64,000 nucleotides of DNA from Salinispira sp. (GCA_965602015.1 OZ271918.1:544001-608000); one strand, 5' to 3'. Positions 8,927-20,142 are shown, counted from the stretch's first letter. Translations and numbers: made by a program. Notes: a model not told the origin generated them from the letters alone.

Positions 8927-9352
8927 TCAATTATAATTGATCACCAATTCCTCTGAAGCAAAGTTCGCTTCGGTATCCTCCTCATCATTGAGCACCGTCC
9001 AGCTGACATGATCATAGGTCGGAATTAAGAACAGGCGCACATGGGAGAAGGCGCCGTCGCGATAGTAGACCTGCATAAACGGGGCCGCTTTGGTCCACGT
9101 GTCAATTTGCTCTGCCTTGCCTGCTGCGCTTCTGAACCAATCGTGGGGGATATACGCATAGTGTAGTCTTCCCCGGCCGTTGCGGTATGTTACCCGGTAC
9201 CCGAAGTCGCCCAGGGCGACCTGACTGATTACCATATTTCTCACATAATAGGCTGAAGTTCCGTCGTCAGCATTATTCTGAGCGCTCAACGGAGCGATGG
9301 ATGCAATCAGCAAGGTTAGAGTAAAGAGCAGAATGAGCGTTTTTTTATCCAC
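8927..9352 (-). CDS. Hypothetical exported protein
   Basis: GTG start after an AAGGAGG RBS, with a clear signal peptide ending ...APLSA. Confidence 0.75.
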   Translation of the reverse strand: MDKKTLILLFTLTLLIASIAPLSAQNNADDGTSAYYVRNMVISQVALGDFGYRVTYRNGRGRLHYAYIPHDWFRSAAGKAEQIDTWTKAAPFMQVYYRDGAFSHVRLFLIPTYDHVSWTVLNDEEDTEANFASEELVINYN

Positions 9353-9444
9353 TTCAACCTCCTTGTCGTACTGCTGATTTAAGTATAGGGCAGCTACTGT
9401 AAATTCTGCAAGAAAAGTTGAAAAATCAAGAGCTTTATTCGGGT

Positions 9445-12129
9445 TTATTCGTCCTCAAAGATGACCTGCTGGACGTCGGCGATCCCTTCAGCGAAATCGA
9501 AACTGATAGCTCTTTTAACTTCCGAAGGCAGTTCGTCGTAATCCTTTTTATTCTTTGCCGGGAGGATTATAGTGGAAAAACCGTTGCGGTGAGCTGCCAG
9601 AACCTTTTCCTTGATGCCGCCGACTGGCAAAACTCTGCCGGTCAGGGTGATTTCGCCGGTCATGGCGCATAGGTGTTTCACAGTTTTTCCGGTGAACACC
9701 GAAAGCAGGGCGCTGGTAAGGGTAATGCCCGCGCTTGGGCCGTCTTTTGGTATGGCTCCGGCGGGAACATGGATATGAACATCTGCATTATGCGACAGAT
9801 TCGCCACTTCGTCATTTCCCGCTTCCTCAAGTATTTTCCTGGCGAGGGAGAGGGCTATGCGGGCGCTTTCCTTCATAACATCCCCGAGGCTGCCGGTAAG
9901 GGTCATTTCACCCTTGCCGTCCCGATTGAGAATGACCGCCTCGACGGGAAGCAGTTTCCCGCCGAGCTGGGTCCAGGCCATGCCGTACACAAGTCCGGGA
10001 GGTGCTTCTTCGTAGAGCAAATCGCTGTCGTATTTTTCCGGGCCCAGGAGCTTGGGTACCAGTCCGTTGGTAACCTTGTAGGCAAACTTCGGATAGTTAT
10101 AGCTGATGTCTTTTGCCGCGGGCAGTTCGGTTTCGCCGGGTTCTATTTTTTGATTATTGTCCTGCTCCGAAGCCCGGTCTGAATTCTCATTGGATTCGGC
10201 CCCTACTTCAGCCTTATTTTCGGCATCGGCATCGGCATCGGGAGCGGCATCGGGAGCGGCATCGGCATCGGGAGCGGGAGCGGCGTCAGGTTCGGGCTCA
10301 GCATCAGCGTCGTTTTCGGAATCGTCCACGGAGGCCGGAAAAATTTCCGTTGAAGGCTCTGAGGGCATTGCGCTGGCCTCCGGCGCTTCGGCTTCGGGCA
10401 CTTCCACGGGTACCGGCACTTTGCCGTCCTCAACAGCCTTGCGGGCTATTTTCCGCACGACCTTGGCTATTTCCCGTTCGAGGTTCCGCACGCCGCTTTC
10501 CCGGGTATAGTGATCGATTATGGTCTTGAGGGCTTCTTCTGAGAATCTGATGTCCGCCCAGTCAAGGCCGTGTTCGGCTATCTGTTTGGGTATGATAAAG
10601 CCCTGGGCTATTTTCCGTTTCTCGATTCTGGTGTACCCGGGGATTTGAATGATTTCCATTCGGTCAAGCAGCGGGTAGGGTATTCCGTCGAGACTGTTGG
10701 CAGTGGTGACAAAAAGCACTTTTGAGAGATCGACCGCGAGTTCCATGTAGTGATCGGTGAAGTTTTTATTCTGCTCCGGATCGAGAACCTCGAGAAGAGC
10801 TGATGACGGATCTCCCCGATGGTCACTGGAAAGCTTGTCGATTTCATCCAGAAGGAATACCGGGTTGGCGCTTCCGGCTTTTTTAAGACCCTGAATGATT
10901 TTTCCCGGAAGAGCGCCGACGTAGGTACGGCGGTGACCCCGGATCTCCGCCTCGTCCCGGACTCCGCCGAGGGATATTCTCACAAATTTCCTGCCCATGG
11001 CCCGGGCAAGGCTCTTTCCCAGGCTGGTTTTTCCGGTTCCCGGAGGACCGACGAAGCAGAGTATGGGACCTTTGAGATTCTGCTTCATTTGCAGAACGGA
11101 CAGGAAATCGAGGATGCGGTTCTTTGGTTCGCTCATGTCGTAGTGATCTTCATCGAGAATGCCCGCGGCTTCATCGATGTCTATGCGGTCGTCGCTGTAC
11201 CGGTCCCACGGCAAATCGGCTATCCATTCGAGATACGAACGGAGTATTCCCGCTTCGGGACTAATGGGTTGGAGTCTTTTGAGCCGCTTTATCTCTGTTT
11301 CGACCTTGGCCTGAACTTCTTCCGGAAGTTCTCTCCCGGCAAAGCGCTGTTCCAGCTCTCCCACGCCGCTGGGATCTTCTTCAGCCTTTCCCAACTCTTT
11401 ATTGAGTTCCTTTATTTGCTCGTTTATGACGAACTCCCGGTGATTGTCATCCATCCGCTGCTTAACGCGCTTGGAGATATCTTTCCGGAGGCTCAAAACC
11501 TGTTTTTCGGATTCGAGTTCAAGGGCCAGCTTGTCCAGTCGGGCGGTGGTATCAGTTTGAGTCAGGAGTTCAAGCTTCCGATCGAAGGCGATTCCGGTCT
11601 GGGAGAGTATCTGGTCGATGAGTGTGTGGGGATTATCAGCCCGTTCTATGGCCTGGAGGATTTCCTTGGGCACTTTTTTGCTATCCCGGGAGAAACTGCG
11701 GAAACTGTCCTGGAGGGCCCGCATTCGAGTCGTAACTTCCGGATTCAGTGAATTATCCAGGGCGATGGGGTTGGTTCGTCCGATAAAAAGGCCGTCCTCC
11801 TCCTGGAGCGAGAGAAGCCGGACCCTGTCGCTGCCTTCCAGCAGAACCCGGGAACTGTTGTTCGGCAGCTTCATTACCTGCACAACACGGGCGAGGGTGG
11901 CTACCTGGTTGAGGTTTTCCATGGTAAGACGGCTGTCCTCGCCGTGAAAATACGCCAGGACTATAGTGCGTTTGCCCGCCATTGCCTTTTCAATCGATTT
12001 CACTGCTGCGGGTTTCTGAACATATATCGGCGCAGCGGAATGGGGAAAGAGCACCATATCCTTTATTGCAATCAGGGGATACTCGGCGCCCTTCACCAGT
12101 GATGATTCATTTTTTTTGAACAATTTCAT
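9445..12129 (-). CDS. lon: ATP-dependent Lon protease with an acidic insertion
   Basis: Walker A GPPGTGKTS, GHRRTYVGALPG, catalytic PKDGPSAG and PVGGIKEK. Confidence 0.97.
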   Translation of the reverse strand: MKLFKKNESSLVKGAEYPLIAIKDMVLFPHSAAPIYVQKPAAVKSIEKAMAGKRTIVLAYFHGEDSRLTMENLNQVATLARVVQVMKLPNNSSRVLLEGSDRVRLLSLQEEDGLFIGRTNPIALDNSLNPEVTTRMRALQDSFRSFSRDSKKVPKEILQAIERADNPHTLIDQILSQTGIAFDRKLELLTQTDTTARLDKLALELESEKQVLSLRKDISKRVKQRMDDNHREFVINEQIKELNKELGKAEEDPSGVGELEQRFAGRELPEEVQAKVETEIKRLKRLQPISPEAGILRSYLEWIADLPWDRYSDDRIDIDEAAGILDEDHYDMSEPKNRILDFLSVLQMKQNLKGPILCFVGPPGTGKTSLGKSLARAMGRKFVRISLGGVRDEAEIRGHRRTYVGALPGKIIQGLKKAGSANPVFLLDEIDKLSSDHRGDPSSALLEVLDPEQNKNFTDHYMELAVDLSKVLFVTTANSLDGIPYPLLDRMEIIQIPGYTRIEKRKIAQGFIIPKQIAEHGLDWADIRFSEEALKTIIDHYTRESGVRNLEREIAKVVRKIARKAVEDGKVPVPVEVPEAEAPEASAMPSEPSTEIFPASVDDSENDADAEPEPDAAPAPDADAAPDAAPDADADAENKAEVGAESNENSDRASEQDNNQKIEPGETELPAAKDISYNYPKFAYKVTNGLVPKLLGPEKYDSDLLYEEAPPGLVYGMAWTQLGGKLLPVEAVILNRDGKGEMTLTGSLGDVMKESARIALSLARKILEEAGNDEVANLSHNADVHIHVPAGAIPKDGPSAGITLTSALLSVFTGKTVKHLCAMTGEITLTGRVLPVGGIKEKVLAAHRNGFSTIILPAKNKKDYDELPSEVKRAISFDFAEGIADVQQVIFEDE

Positions 12130-12147
12130 ATTCCGCCCCGACGGCCG

Positions 12148-13386
12148 TCAGGCAGATTTCTTTTTCCTGACGATGATTTCCGGCTGCTCGCCGTTTTTTA
12201 TTACTTCCTTGCTGATTACCACTTCCTTGCTGCCCTTCATGGACGGCAAGTCGTACATAATATCAATCATAACCGATTCGACAATGGCTCTCAGCCCCCG
12301 GGCTCCGGTTTTCCGGCTAATGGCCAGCTCGGCAATGGCCTCTACGGCGTCTTCGGTGAAATTGAGGTCAACATCATCGAGTTTCAGGCTCGCCTTGTAT
12401 TGCTTTACGATTGAGTTCCGGGGCTCCTGAAGGATTCTCACCAGGTCCTCCCGCTCAAGATCGTTCAAGGCCACATGTATGGGCAGTCGGCCGACGAATT
12501 CCGGGATGAGGCCGAATTTCACCAGGTCGTCGGGATGCAGCGACTTAAACAGCTCGGTAACATCATCGCGTTTGTTGTGAACCCGCGCCCCGAAGCCCAT
12601 GGGGTGTTCGGAAACCCGGTTTTCAATAATTTTATCCAAACCAACAAAGGCTCCCCCGCATATTATGAGGATGTTGCTGGTATCGATTTTTATCATTTCC
12701 TGGCTTGGGTGTTTTCGACCGCCCTGAGGAGGAACCGAAGCGATTGTGCCTTCGATAATCTTCAAAAGAGCCTGCTGCACCCCTTCACCGCTGACGTCAC
12801 GGGTAATCGAGACATTTTCGCTTTTCCGGCCGATTTTATCGATTTCGTCGATGTAAATGATTCCACGCTCGGTGGCGGAAATATCCTGCCCGGCCGCCTG
12901 ATAGAGCTTCAGAAGAATGTTTTCCACGTCCTCGCCCACATAACCGGCCTCTGTAAGGGTGGTGGCGTCGGCAATGGCAAAGGGAACTTTTAACTTCTTG
13001 GCCAGGGTCTTGGCGAGCAGGGTTTTTCCCGTACCCGTGGGCCCCAGCAGGAGAACGTTCGATTTTTCAATCTCCACGTCTTCCTCAATGCGGGTTTTTT
13101 GGGTGATGCGCTTGTAATGGTTATACACGGCTACCGAAAGAACCTTTTTTGCCTGTTCCTGCCCCACTACATACTCATCGAGATACGACTTGATTTCCTG
13201 GGGCGAGGGGACCTCGTCCAGAAACTCTGTGGTGAGCACATCTTCTTCTTCATCGAGGATTTTCTTGCAGACGTTTACGCACTCGTCGCAGATATACACC
13301 CCGGGACCGGCGATGAGCCGTCGGGCGAAATCTGCGGGTTTTCCGCAAAAGGAACAGGCTTTGTTGCTTTCGGTTTTTTTACTCAT
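12148..13386 (-). CDS. clpX: ClpX ATPase subunit
   Basis: Zn finger CSFCGK...[22 protein letters not shown] and GGRKHP. Confidence 0.98.
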   Translation of the reverse strand: MSKKTESNKACSFCGKPADFARRLIAGPGVYICDECVNVCKKILDEEEDVLTTEFLDEVPSPQEIKSYLDEYVVGQEQAKKVLSVAVYNHYKRITQKTRIEEDVEIEKSNVLLLGPTGTGKTLLAKTLAKKLKVPFAIADATTLTEAGYVGEDVENILLKLYQAAGQDISATERGIIYIDEIDKIGRKSENVSITRDVSGEGVQQALLKIIEGTIASVPPQGGRKHPSQEMIKIDTSNILIICGGAFVGLDKIIENRVSEHPMGFGARVHNKRDDVTELFKSLHPDDLVKFGLIPEFVGRLPIHVALNDLEREDLVRILQEPRNSIVKQYKASLKLDDVDLNFTEDAVEAIAELAISRKTGARGLRAIVESVMIDIMYDLPSMKGSKEVVISKEVIKNGEQPEIIVRKKKSA

Positions 13387-13391
13387 ATGTC

Positions 13392-13997
13392 CTACTCGTT
13401 TTTATTGCGGACCAGAACGTTGTCTACCAGACCGTATTTAACCGACTCCTCAGAGCCCATGAAAAAATCCCGCTCCAGATCGTTGATTATTACGTCTCGT
13501 TTCTGACCGCTGTGCTTGACCAGTATATCAATCAGCAGATTTTTCAGCCGTACCATCTCTCTGGCCTGTATGCCGATATCGCTGGCCTGACCCTGGACCC
13601 CGCCCCATGGCTGATGGAGCATAACCCGCGATGAAGGAAGGGCGAGGCGTTTGCCTGCAGTGCCTGAAGCCAGCAAAATCGCCGCCATGCTGGCCGCCTG
13701 GCCCATGCAAATGGTCTGCACGTCAGCCCGGATGTACTGGATGGTATCATAGATTGCAAGCCCTGCAGTTACCGAACCGCCGGGCGAGTTGATATACAAC
13801 GAAATATCTTTATCGGGATCCTGGCTTTCCAGGAACAGCAACTGGGCAACGACGATATCAGCATTGATATCGTGTATTTCGCCGTCGAGAAAAATAATCC
13901 GGTCTTTAAGCAGCCGGCTGTAAATGTCGTAGCTTCGCTCGCCGACTCCGGTCTGCTCGATAACCACCGGAACGAGGTTATTGTTCTGAACATTCAT
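13392..13997 (-). CDS. clpP: ClpP protease subunit
   Basis: Motifs [26 protein letters not shown] and MLHQP. Start taken at MNVQNN. Confidence 0.97.
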   Translation of the reverse strand: MNVQNNNLVPVVIEQTGVGERSYDIYSRLLKDRIIFLDGEIHDINADIVVAQLLFLESQDPDKDISLYINSPGGSVTAGLAIYDTIQYIRADVQTICMGQAASMAAILLASGTAGKRLALPSSRVMLHQPWGGVQGQASDIGIQAREMVRLKNLLIDILVKHSGQKRDVIINDLERDFFMGSEESVKYGLVDNVLVRNKNE

Positions 13998-14031
13998 GTT
14001 GTCATCCTGTCTGTTTGGGTATTTCGTAAAT

Positions 14032-15384
14032 CTACGCATTTCCCTGGATGAAGTCCAGATACTTAACCTTCTTGCCCTTCTTCACAGTGTTTTCACCGAG
14101 CAGCTGCTCAATAAGCCGCTTCTCCTTGATGTCCTGTTTGACGTATTCCATCATTTGATTTTTTTCGTAGTAATCCCGGACCTCTTCCTCGGACATCTGA
14201 CTCTGGGCGGCGGTTTTGGCTATTTCGGCGTTGACTTCATCATCGCTAGCCTCCACCTTGCGGTCTTCGATGAGTTTTTGAAGGATGAGCTGAGCCTTGA
14301 GCCGCTTTTCGGCAGCTGGCCGCCACTCAGCGTAGAGGGCTTCCCGGGTGCTGTTTTGGGCACCTAAAAGACTTTCAACCATCTGCTCATCACCGCCGAA
14401 CTGCCGGATGAAGTTTTGCCAGTTAGCCTGCAATTCGGCTTGAACCATGCTGTCGGGTAGAATAATGGGATTCTTCTCAATGAGCTGATCCATGAGACTG
14501 TCGGTCTTCACCTTTCTCAGCTGATTGTCCTTGTTTTCCTCCAGGCGTTTTTTAATATCCTTTTTGAGGTCCTCAAGGGTCTCATATTTTTCGTCCACAT
14601 CCTGCGCCAGCTCATCATCGAGGTTAGGCAGATCCCGCACCTTGATTTTCTTGAGGCTGACCTTGATCTTCTTGGTCTGGCCGGCCAGGGATTTGTCTTC
14701 CTCGTCTTCGGAATAGGTCTTATCGATGACCTTTTCCTCGCCGATCGCCATTCCGATAACTTCGTCGTCTATTTTAAACAGGTTATAACCGCTTCCGATG
14801 GTGAAGCTGTAATCTTCACGTTGGGAATCCGGTACTTCGCTCCCCGAATCATCGAGTTCGCAGTAGTCGATGGTTACGATGTGGTCTTTTTCCGCCTTGC
14901 CCTCGCTCTTTTCCGCGACGATGGCATTCTGCTCCTGGATTTGCTTGAGTTCTGCTTCCAGGGCGTCCTTGCCGATGGTGACCTGGGGTTCTTCAACGGT
15001 GAACCCCTTGATCTCTTTTAGGTCTACTTCGGGGAAAATGTCGTAGGTAACCGCATATGAGAAGGCCTCTCCGGGGGTAAAATCCAGTTCGCCGTCGAGC
15101 TCAGGGGCGGCATATTGAAGGGGCTTTTCATCAATTTCTTCATAAATTGTCTTCATGCTCTCTTCGATGAGCTTCTGAGCCACTTCAACGCGAATGCTAT
15201 CGCCGAATTTCTTTTCGAGTACTGCTGCCGGCGCCTTTCCGGGCCGAAAGCCCTTGATGTGGGCTTTTTTGCTGTATTCCTTGAGCAGGCTGTCGTACTC
15301 TTTTTGCGCGTCGTCCTTTTTTACCGTTACCGAAAGGCGAACCCGACTCTGATCGAGTTTTTCAACATTTTTAGAATCAATCAT
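14032..15384 (-). CDS. tig: Trigger factor
   Basis: Ribosome-binding signature KGFRPGKAP; canonical tig-clpP-clpX-lon order. Confidence 0.96.
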   Translation of the reverse strand: MIDSKNVEKLDQSRVRLSVTVKKDDAQKEYDSLLKEYSKKAHIKGFRPGKAPAAVLEKKFGDSIRVEVAQKLIEESMKTIYEEIDEKPLQYAAPELDGELDFTPGEAFSYAVTYDIFPEVDLKEIKGFTVEEPQVTIGKDALEAELKQIQEQNAIVAEKSEGKAEKDHIVTIDYCELDDSGSEVPDSQREDYSFTIGSGYNLFKIDDEVIGMAIGEEKVIDKTYSEDEEDKSLAGQTKKIKVSLKKIKVRDLPNLDDELAQDVDEKYETLEDLKKDIKKRLEENKDNQLRKVKTDSLMDQLIEKNPIILPDSMVQAELQANWQNFIRQFGGDEQMVESLLGAQNSTREALYAEWRPAAEKRLKAQLILQKLIEDRKVEASDDEVNAEIAKTAAQSQMSEEEVRDYYEKNQMMEYVKQDIKEKRLIEQLLGENTVKKGKKVKYLDFIQGNA

Positions 15385-15447
15385 GCTCTCTCCTGGAGAA
15401 CGCCGGTGGGATCGCCGGCAATTTTGGATAGTCGTGCGAAATCGCAG

Positions 15448-15480
15448 AAAAAAAAAGCGACCTGGAGTTCACCAGATCGC
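15448..15480 (-). terminator. Intrinsic terminator after the tRNA cluster
   Basis: Minus strand GCGATCTGG-TGAACT-CCAGGTCGC followed by a T9 tract. Confidence 0.8.
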
Positions 15481-15492
15481 TGTATTCGTGTA

Positions 15493-15565
<73 letters not shown>

Positions 15566-15636
15566 AGGATGCTTCTCTGGAGAATACAGTATACCATAAT
15601 CTCCGTACTGCCGTCAGTAATCATATAGAGAGTGGA

Positions 15637-15718
15637 TGCGAGAGGAGGGACTCGAACCCTCACACCGTAAGGCACTAGATCCTAAATCTAGCGTGTCTAC
15701 CAATTTCACCACTCTCGC
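15637..15718 (-). tRNA. tRNA-Leu(TAG)
   Basis: GCGAGAGTGGTGAAATTGGTAGACACGCTAGATTTAGGATCTAG...GTTCGAGTCCCTCCTCTCGCA. Confidence 0.97.
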
Positions 15719-15735
15719 AGACACTGCTGGCAGAT

Positions 15736-15763
15736 ACTATATTAAATTGTTTTTTCCCGTCAA
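15736..15763 (-). promoter_or_regulatory. Putative internal sigma70 promoter for tRNA-Leu/tRNA-Gly
   Basis: TTGACG-N16-TATAGT on the minus strand, just upstream of tRNA-Leu(TAG). Confidence 0.55.
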
Positions 15764-15816
15764 GATACTTTTGCAAGAAATCTTGGGAGATGCTCCTCAC
15801 TATTGTGTGGGGGCGA

Positions 15817-15889
15817 TGAGCCGTGAAGGGATCGAACCTTCGACCCGCAGATTAAGAGTCTGCTGCTCTACCAGCTGAGCTAACGGCCC
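15817..15889 (-). tRNA. tRNA-Lys(CTT)
   Basis: GGGCCGTTAGCTCAGCTGGTAGAGCAGCAGACTCTTAATCTGC...GTTCGATCCCTTCACGGCTCA. Confidence 0.97.
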
Positions 15890-15932
15890 CTGTTGTTACT
15901 TGTGTACTACATGTTTTTTCCCCGAAGGGAAT

Positions 15933-16006
15933 CGCGCCCGGCAGGACTCGAACCTGCGACCCACGGATTCGAAGTCCGGCACTCTATCCAGCTGAGCTAC
16001 GGACGC
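15933..16006 (-). tRNA. tRNA-Arg(TCG)
   Basis: GCGTCCGTAGCTCAGCTGGATAGAGTGCCGGACTTCGAATCCG...GTTCGAGTCCTGCCGGGCGCG. Confidence 0.96.
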
Positions 16007-16058
16007 GTATTACGGTCAAAGTCCGTCTACATACTAATGACGTCCCTGTTCCGCTTAG

Positions 16059-16131
16059 GGTGGATGACGGGACTTGAACCCGCAACAACCAGAACCACAA
16101 TCTGGTGCTCTACCATTGAACTACATCCACC
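16059..16131 (-). tRNA. tRNA-His(GTG)
   Basis: G(-1)GTGGATGTAGTTCAATGGTAGAGCACCAGATTGTGGTTCTGG...GTTCAAGTCCCGTCATCCACC. Confidence 0.96.
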
Positions 16132-16169
16132 GCGTGAGCGCTTATATATATAGTACGCGCAAAGTTTTG

Positions 16170-18419
16170 TCAAGAAATCATGATTGAAAGGATGGAAAGT
16201 CGATACCAGCGCTGCCAGCCGGGAAGACCGGTGGCGGATGCCCCCGGCTGATTCAACGCGCCGGAAATCCCCGTGAGAACCGCATCCAGTTCATCTTTCG
16301 AGAGGCATTTCTCTAATGCGCCGCGATAATCGCCGTTTTCCATCCATTGCCGGATTTGCGATAAGCCGGGCACACGCCCGGTTTCTACGGCAAACAGCTG
16401 TTCTTCAAAGACGTTTTGTCCAACCGGAAGAAAATCCCCGGGTTCGCCAACCCCCTCCTTTTTACGCCGTTCGGTGAAAAAAACCTGTTCGCCCGCGGCG
16501 AGTTTCTCCGCGAGCCTGGTGTCGGCTTGGGGCAGCCGGGAGAACCAATGCGAAAGGGAAGGGCGGATATGGGCAGCTGAGTCAAGCTGGCACATAATCC
16601 CCGGCATATTGTCAGTCCCTTGCTCACCCCACAATGATGTCCCGATTTTCGCCGTTTCCCGGCTGCCGCCAAAAAACAGCATGAGATCTGCCGGCGGAAG
16701 ATCCTCCGGGCTCACGGCGGCATCGAGTATGACCGGTCTTTCCAACTCGGGCGACTGGGCAGCCAGGTATTGTACCCGTTCCCGCTCATCAGAATCGTAA
16801 AAAAGCGCCGAAACCTGTCCTTCGGGACAGCGCCTCAGAGCTTCCCATACCAGGGGGCCGATGTGCTCGCCCGCCAGGATTATGCGGCTGGAGCGGGTCA
16901 TTCCGGTCCGGGTTTCCAGCAGATCAAACAAGGTGTTTCTCAGGTTCTCCAGGCTGGCGGTCAGCGATCCCTCGCTACGCTCGATCCACTGTTCCCGCTC
17001 ACGGCCGCCTCGGCTCTCCCGTCCGGAGTAAGAGAGGATCTCCCGGTACGGGTCGCGATCCAGTTCAAGCTGCAGCTCCCGGCGCCGCAGAACCGACTCA
17101 TAGCGCTGGGCTTCAAATCCGAGCCTTCCCCCGGGGTAAAACACTCTTCCGCGCAAATCGCCGGGGAGGTAATTCTGGGCGACCCAGTGTTCGGAAAACG
17201 CATGGGGATACTGGTAGCCCCTGCCGTGACCGAAGATCTCTTTGTCACGGCTTGCATCTTTCAAGTGATTCGGCACATCGCTGTTGGCGTTTTCGGCCTT
17301 AACGGCTTCCAGGGCATCGAAGTAGCCAAGGGTCGAGTTGCTCTTCGGGGCGGTCGCCAGGTAAATGGCCGCCTGCGCCAGGAAAAACTGCCCCTCCGGC
17401 AAACCGACCCGGTCAAATGCCTTGGCGGCGCTTTCGACCTGAGCAAGGGCATCGGGATCGGCCATTCCGATATCCTCCGAGGCGGAAATCAGCATTCTGC
17501 GGAAAATGAAGCGGGGACTTTCGCCGGCGTGGATCATCCTTGCCATCCAGTAGAGGGATGCGTCGGGATCCGATCCTCGTATGCTTTTGATAAATGCCGA
17601 GATACTGTCGTAGTGATAATCGCCTGACTTGTCATAGAGGACGGCTTTCTGCTGGATGCTGTCCTCGGCAATTTCCAGGCTTATGTGTATATCGCTGCCG
17701 GCGGGCGGCGGGAAGTCCGGAACTGATGTCTCTACTGCAAGTTCAAGAGCACCCAAAAGAGCCCGGGCATCACCCCGGGATGCACCGATGAGATGGTTTT
17801 TGGCGTCTTCTTCTATATATATATGATACTGTCCGTAGCCCCGAACCGGATCGGCCAGACATTGTTGTAATATTTTATCCAGATCCCCGGAAGTCAGGCT
17901 CTTGAGCTGAAAAATACGGCTTCTTGAGACCAGAGCCGCATTTACTTCGAAGTAGGGGTTTTCCGTTGTGGCCCCGATGAGGATAAACGTACCGTTTTCC
18001 ACCCATGGCAAAAGAGCATCCTGCTGCGCCTTGTTCCAACGGTGAACCTCATCGATGAACAGGATTGTTCGGCGGCTGTAATACGCCTTTTGGTTTTTTG
18101 CTTCTTCAATGGCTTCCCGGATTTCTTTGACTCCGGAGAGGACGGCGTTGATGCTTTGGAATCGGCTCTTGGTGGTTTCGGCTATGATGCGGGCTAAGGT
18201 GGTTTTGCCGGTTCCCGGCGGGCCGGAAAAAATAAGCGAGCTGAGCTGATCTGCCTCGATTGCCCTTCGAAGAAGCCTTCCTGGAGCGAGAATGTGCTCC
18301 TGACCGGCGAAATCCTCAAGGGTTCGGGGACGCATTCTGCTTGCCAGAGGTTCGCCCGGACCGGTACCTTGATGATTGCCGGTGTTTCCGGTAAAAAGAT
18401 CACTGGACCCTTTGCTCAT
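16170..18419 (-). CDS. rarA: Replication-associated recombination ATPase RarA/MgsA with a ~290-aa C-terminal extension
   Basis: Motifs PLASRMRP, GPPGTGKTT, DEVHRWNKAQQD, GATTENP, SAFIKSIRGSDPD and YQYPH. Confidence 0.92.
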   Translation of the reverse strand: MSKGSSDLFTGNTGNHQGTGPGEPLASRMRPRTLEDFAGQEHILAPGRLLRRAIEADQLSSLIFSGPPGTGKTTLARIIAETTKSRFQSINAVLSGVKEIREAIEEAKNQKAYYSRRTILFIDEVHRWNKAQQDALLPWVENGTFILIGATTENPYFEVNAALVSRSRIFQLKSLTSGDLDKILQQCLADPVRGYGQYHIYIEEDAKNHLIGASRGDARALLGALELAVETSVPDFPPPAGSDIHISLEIAEDSIQQKAVLYDKSGDYHYDSISAFIKSIRGSDPDASLYWMARMIHAGESPRFIFRRMLISASEDIGMADPDALAQVESAAKAFDRVGLPEGQFFLAQAAIYLATAPKSNSTLGYFDALEAVKAENANSDVPNHLKDASRDKEIFGHGRGYQYPHAFSEHWVAQNYLPGDLRGRVFYPGGRLGFEAQRYESVLRRRELQLELDRDPYREILSYSGRESRGGREREQWIERSEGSLTASLENLRNTLFDLLETRTGMTRSSRIILAGEHIGPLVWEALRRCPEGQVSALFYDSDERERVQYLAAQSPELERPVILDAAVSPEDLPPADLMLFFGGSRETAKIGTSLWGEQGTDNMPGIMCQLDSAAHIRPSLSHWFSRLPQADTRLAEKLAAGEQVFFTERRKKEGVGEPGDFLPVGQNVFEEQLFAVETGRVPGLSQIRQWMENGDYRGALEKCLSKDELDAVLTGISGALNQPGASATGLPGWQRWYRLSILSIMIS

Positions 18420-18449
18420 TCCCGCACTATATCACGAGGTGGTGCTTCA

Positions 18450-20129
18450 ATGGTACACGCCAGATACTTCCGTCTTAGCCTTCTCTTCGCGGTGATATTC
18501 TCTCTTTCGCCGGCGATCTCCCCGCAGGAGGATGGGCCCGGGTCAGATAATGCAGGTCCTCGGGTATATGTGTCTTCCTGGTCGTCAGAGTATCACCATG
18601 CCCTCGACAGAGCCGTCGAACTGTTGCTTTCACAAGATGTATCTCAAGATATACGAGAAGCCGGCGGAGCATTGTCCGCCTGGCGGACCGAGTACCAACA
18701 GTCCGCCCTGCTGTTGTACCGTGAAATTCTTCCCATCGGCGAAGCCCATGACGATGCGCCGCAAATCAGCGATTCCGGCGTTGATGTGATAAGAGGCCGC
18801 ATTGAATCAGCCCGCAATGTGCTGACGGTTCTGGAACGGGCATCCCGCAGTTGGGAGGATGCAGGCGCAAAGCTGTGGGGGGAATCCCTGGGAGAACTGA
18901 TTGCCATTTCGATGGTGCTCATGCGTCCCGATATTACCCCCTCGGCTGATTTTTGGCTTTCAATGCTACATCAGGGAGTCGAAGCCTCGGAGTTTTTAAC
19001 AATCTCCGCGCTTGCCTCGCGGCGAAGTCTCAACGAGTATCTTTCCGATGGGGATTATCCTGTGGCATTTATCAATGCGCTGACCTTCAATCCCCAGGCA
19101 GCGCTGGGATTCGAATCGCTGATTCCCGATGTGGTTTCTCATATATATCATTTTGATGGACCGGCAGTGCCGGCAATACGCGACGATTCGGCTCACAGCT
19201 ATAACCGGCTGGTGGACCGCAGGGTCTTCCTGGATATTAGCTCGAGACCCGACAGCCGTTGGCCGGACTATCTCTCGGACTTGAGCCGTTTAGAGAGGAG
19301 TTTGAACAGCATACTCCCGGCAAGTCTTTCCGGTCCGCCCCTAAATGAGCGGCTCTTTCTGCCCGACGGTCAGTTCAGCGATTCATACTGGGCCCTGCTC
19401 AGTCTGCTTGAAAACCCGTTTTACATCACAAACGCAGACCGGGCGGCACAGGTAGAGCAAATATACCTGGGCTATCTGGAGGATATCCGCCGGGTATACC
19501 CCGGCGAACTTGAGCTTTACGCCGCTTTGATTGAACCGTCCGGACAGGGGCCCGAGTTTTCTCTCTCTCCCCTCGGCCAGGCGCGCCGGTACACCCTGGC
19601 GCTGATCGACGGGGAACGTCCGCGGGAGGGGCTCAGTCTTCAGGGGCTTTGGTCGGAGCTGAGCAGGGGCGCCGGAGGCATAAGCCCTGACGACCCCTGG
19701 CATCTGCAAAGCGGGTTGTATGTGGTGCGCCGGGATGCCCTGCCCGCCGACCCGGCAAGTCTGACCGACGGCTTGGCAGCCCTCTCTATGCTGATTTCCG
19801 TCGCCGAGGAACTCGGGGGAGCATTGTCCGGGATCGATACCATGGATCCTGCGATTCCCTACCTGCTTTCATTAAGACGAATGATGATCTTCCAGGACAT
19901 CAGAAGCCTTGTTCTCCAGGAGGGCTTGTGGGACGACGTGGACCTCGAACTGAGGGTTTGGCTCAATTTGAATACGAATCTTCTCCGGCATATTCTCGCC
20001 GGGGAGGCGGTAAACATTCCCTTGGCAATCGAGCAAATCAGAATCGGCGTAAACCGTCCGGAGGCAGAAACCCAGCTGATTGACCAATTAAAGCAGAGAC
20101 TTGCGGGCCGAGTAGGGGATGCGCCATGA
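18450..20129 (+). CDS. Hypothetical exported protein
   Basis: 559-aa ORF with a GAGGTGG RBS before ATG 18450 and a signal-peptide-like N-terminus. Confidence 0.65.
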   Translation: MVHARYFRLSLLFAVIFSLSPAISPQEDGPGSDNAGPRVYVSSWSSEYHHALDRAVELLLSQDVSQDIREAGGALSAWRTEYQQSALLLYREILPIGEAHDDAPQISDSGVDVIRGRIESARNVLTVLERASRSWEDAGAKLWGESLGELIAISMVLMRPDITPSADFWLSMLHQGVEASEFLTISALASRRSLNEYLSDGDYPVAFINALTFNPQAALGFESLIPDVVSHIYHFDGPAVPAIRDDSAHSYNRLVDRRVFLDISSRPDSRWPDYLSDLSRLERSLNSILPASLSGPPLNERLFLPDGQFSDSYWALLSLLENPFYITNADRAAQVEQIYLGYLEDIRRVYPGELELYAALIEPSGQGPEFSLSPLGQARRYTLALIDGERPREGLSLQGLWSELSRGAGGISPDDPWHLQSGLYVVRRDALPADPASLTDGLAALSMLISVAEELGGALSGIDTMDPAIPYLLSLRRMMIFQDIRSLVLQEGLWDDVDLELRVWLNLNTNLLRHILAGEAVNIPLAIEQIRIGVNRPEAETQLIDQLKQRLAGRVGDAP

Positions 20130-20142
20130 TTGAGGATGCGTC

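Noticed and set aside
9673..13506. Long plus-strand ORFs (e.g. 10819-11751, 310 aa)
   Set aside because: Antisense shadows of lon and clpX with no recognisable motifs; common in GC-rich DNA.
15636..16153. ORFs 15636-15878 and 15893-16153
   Set aside because: These are antisense translations of tRNA genes.
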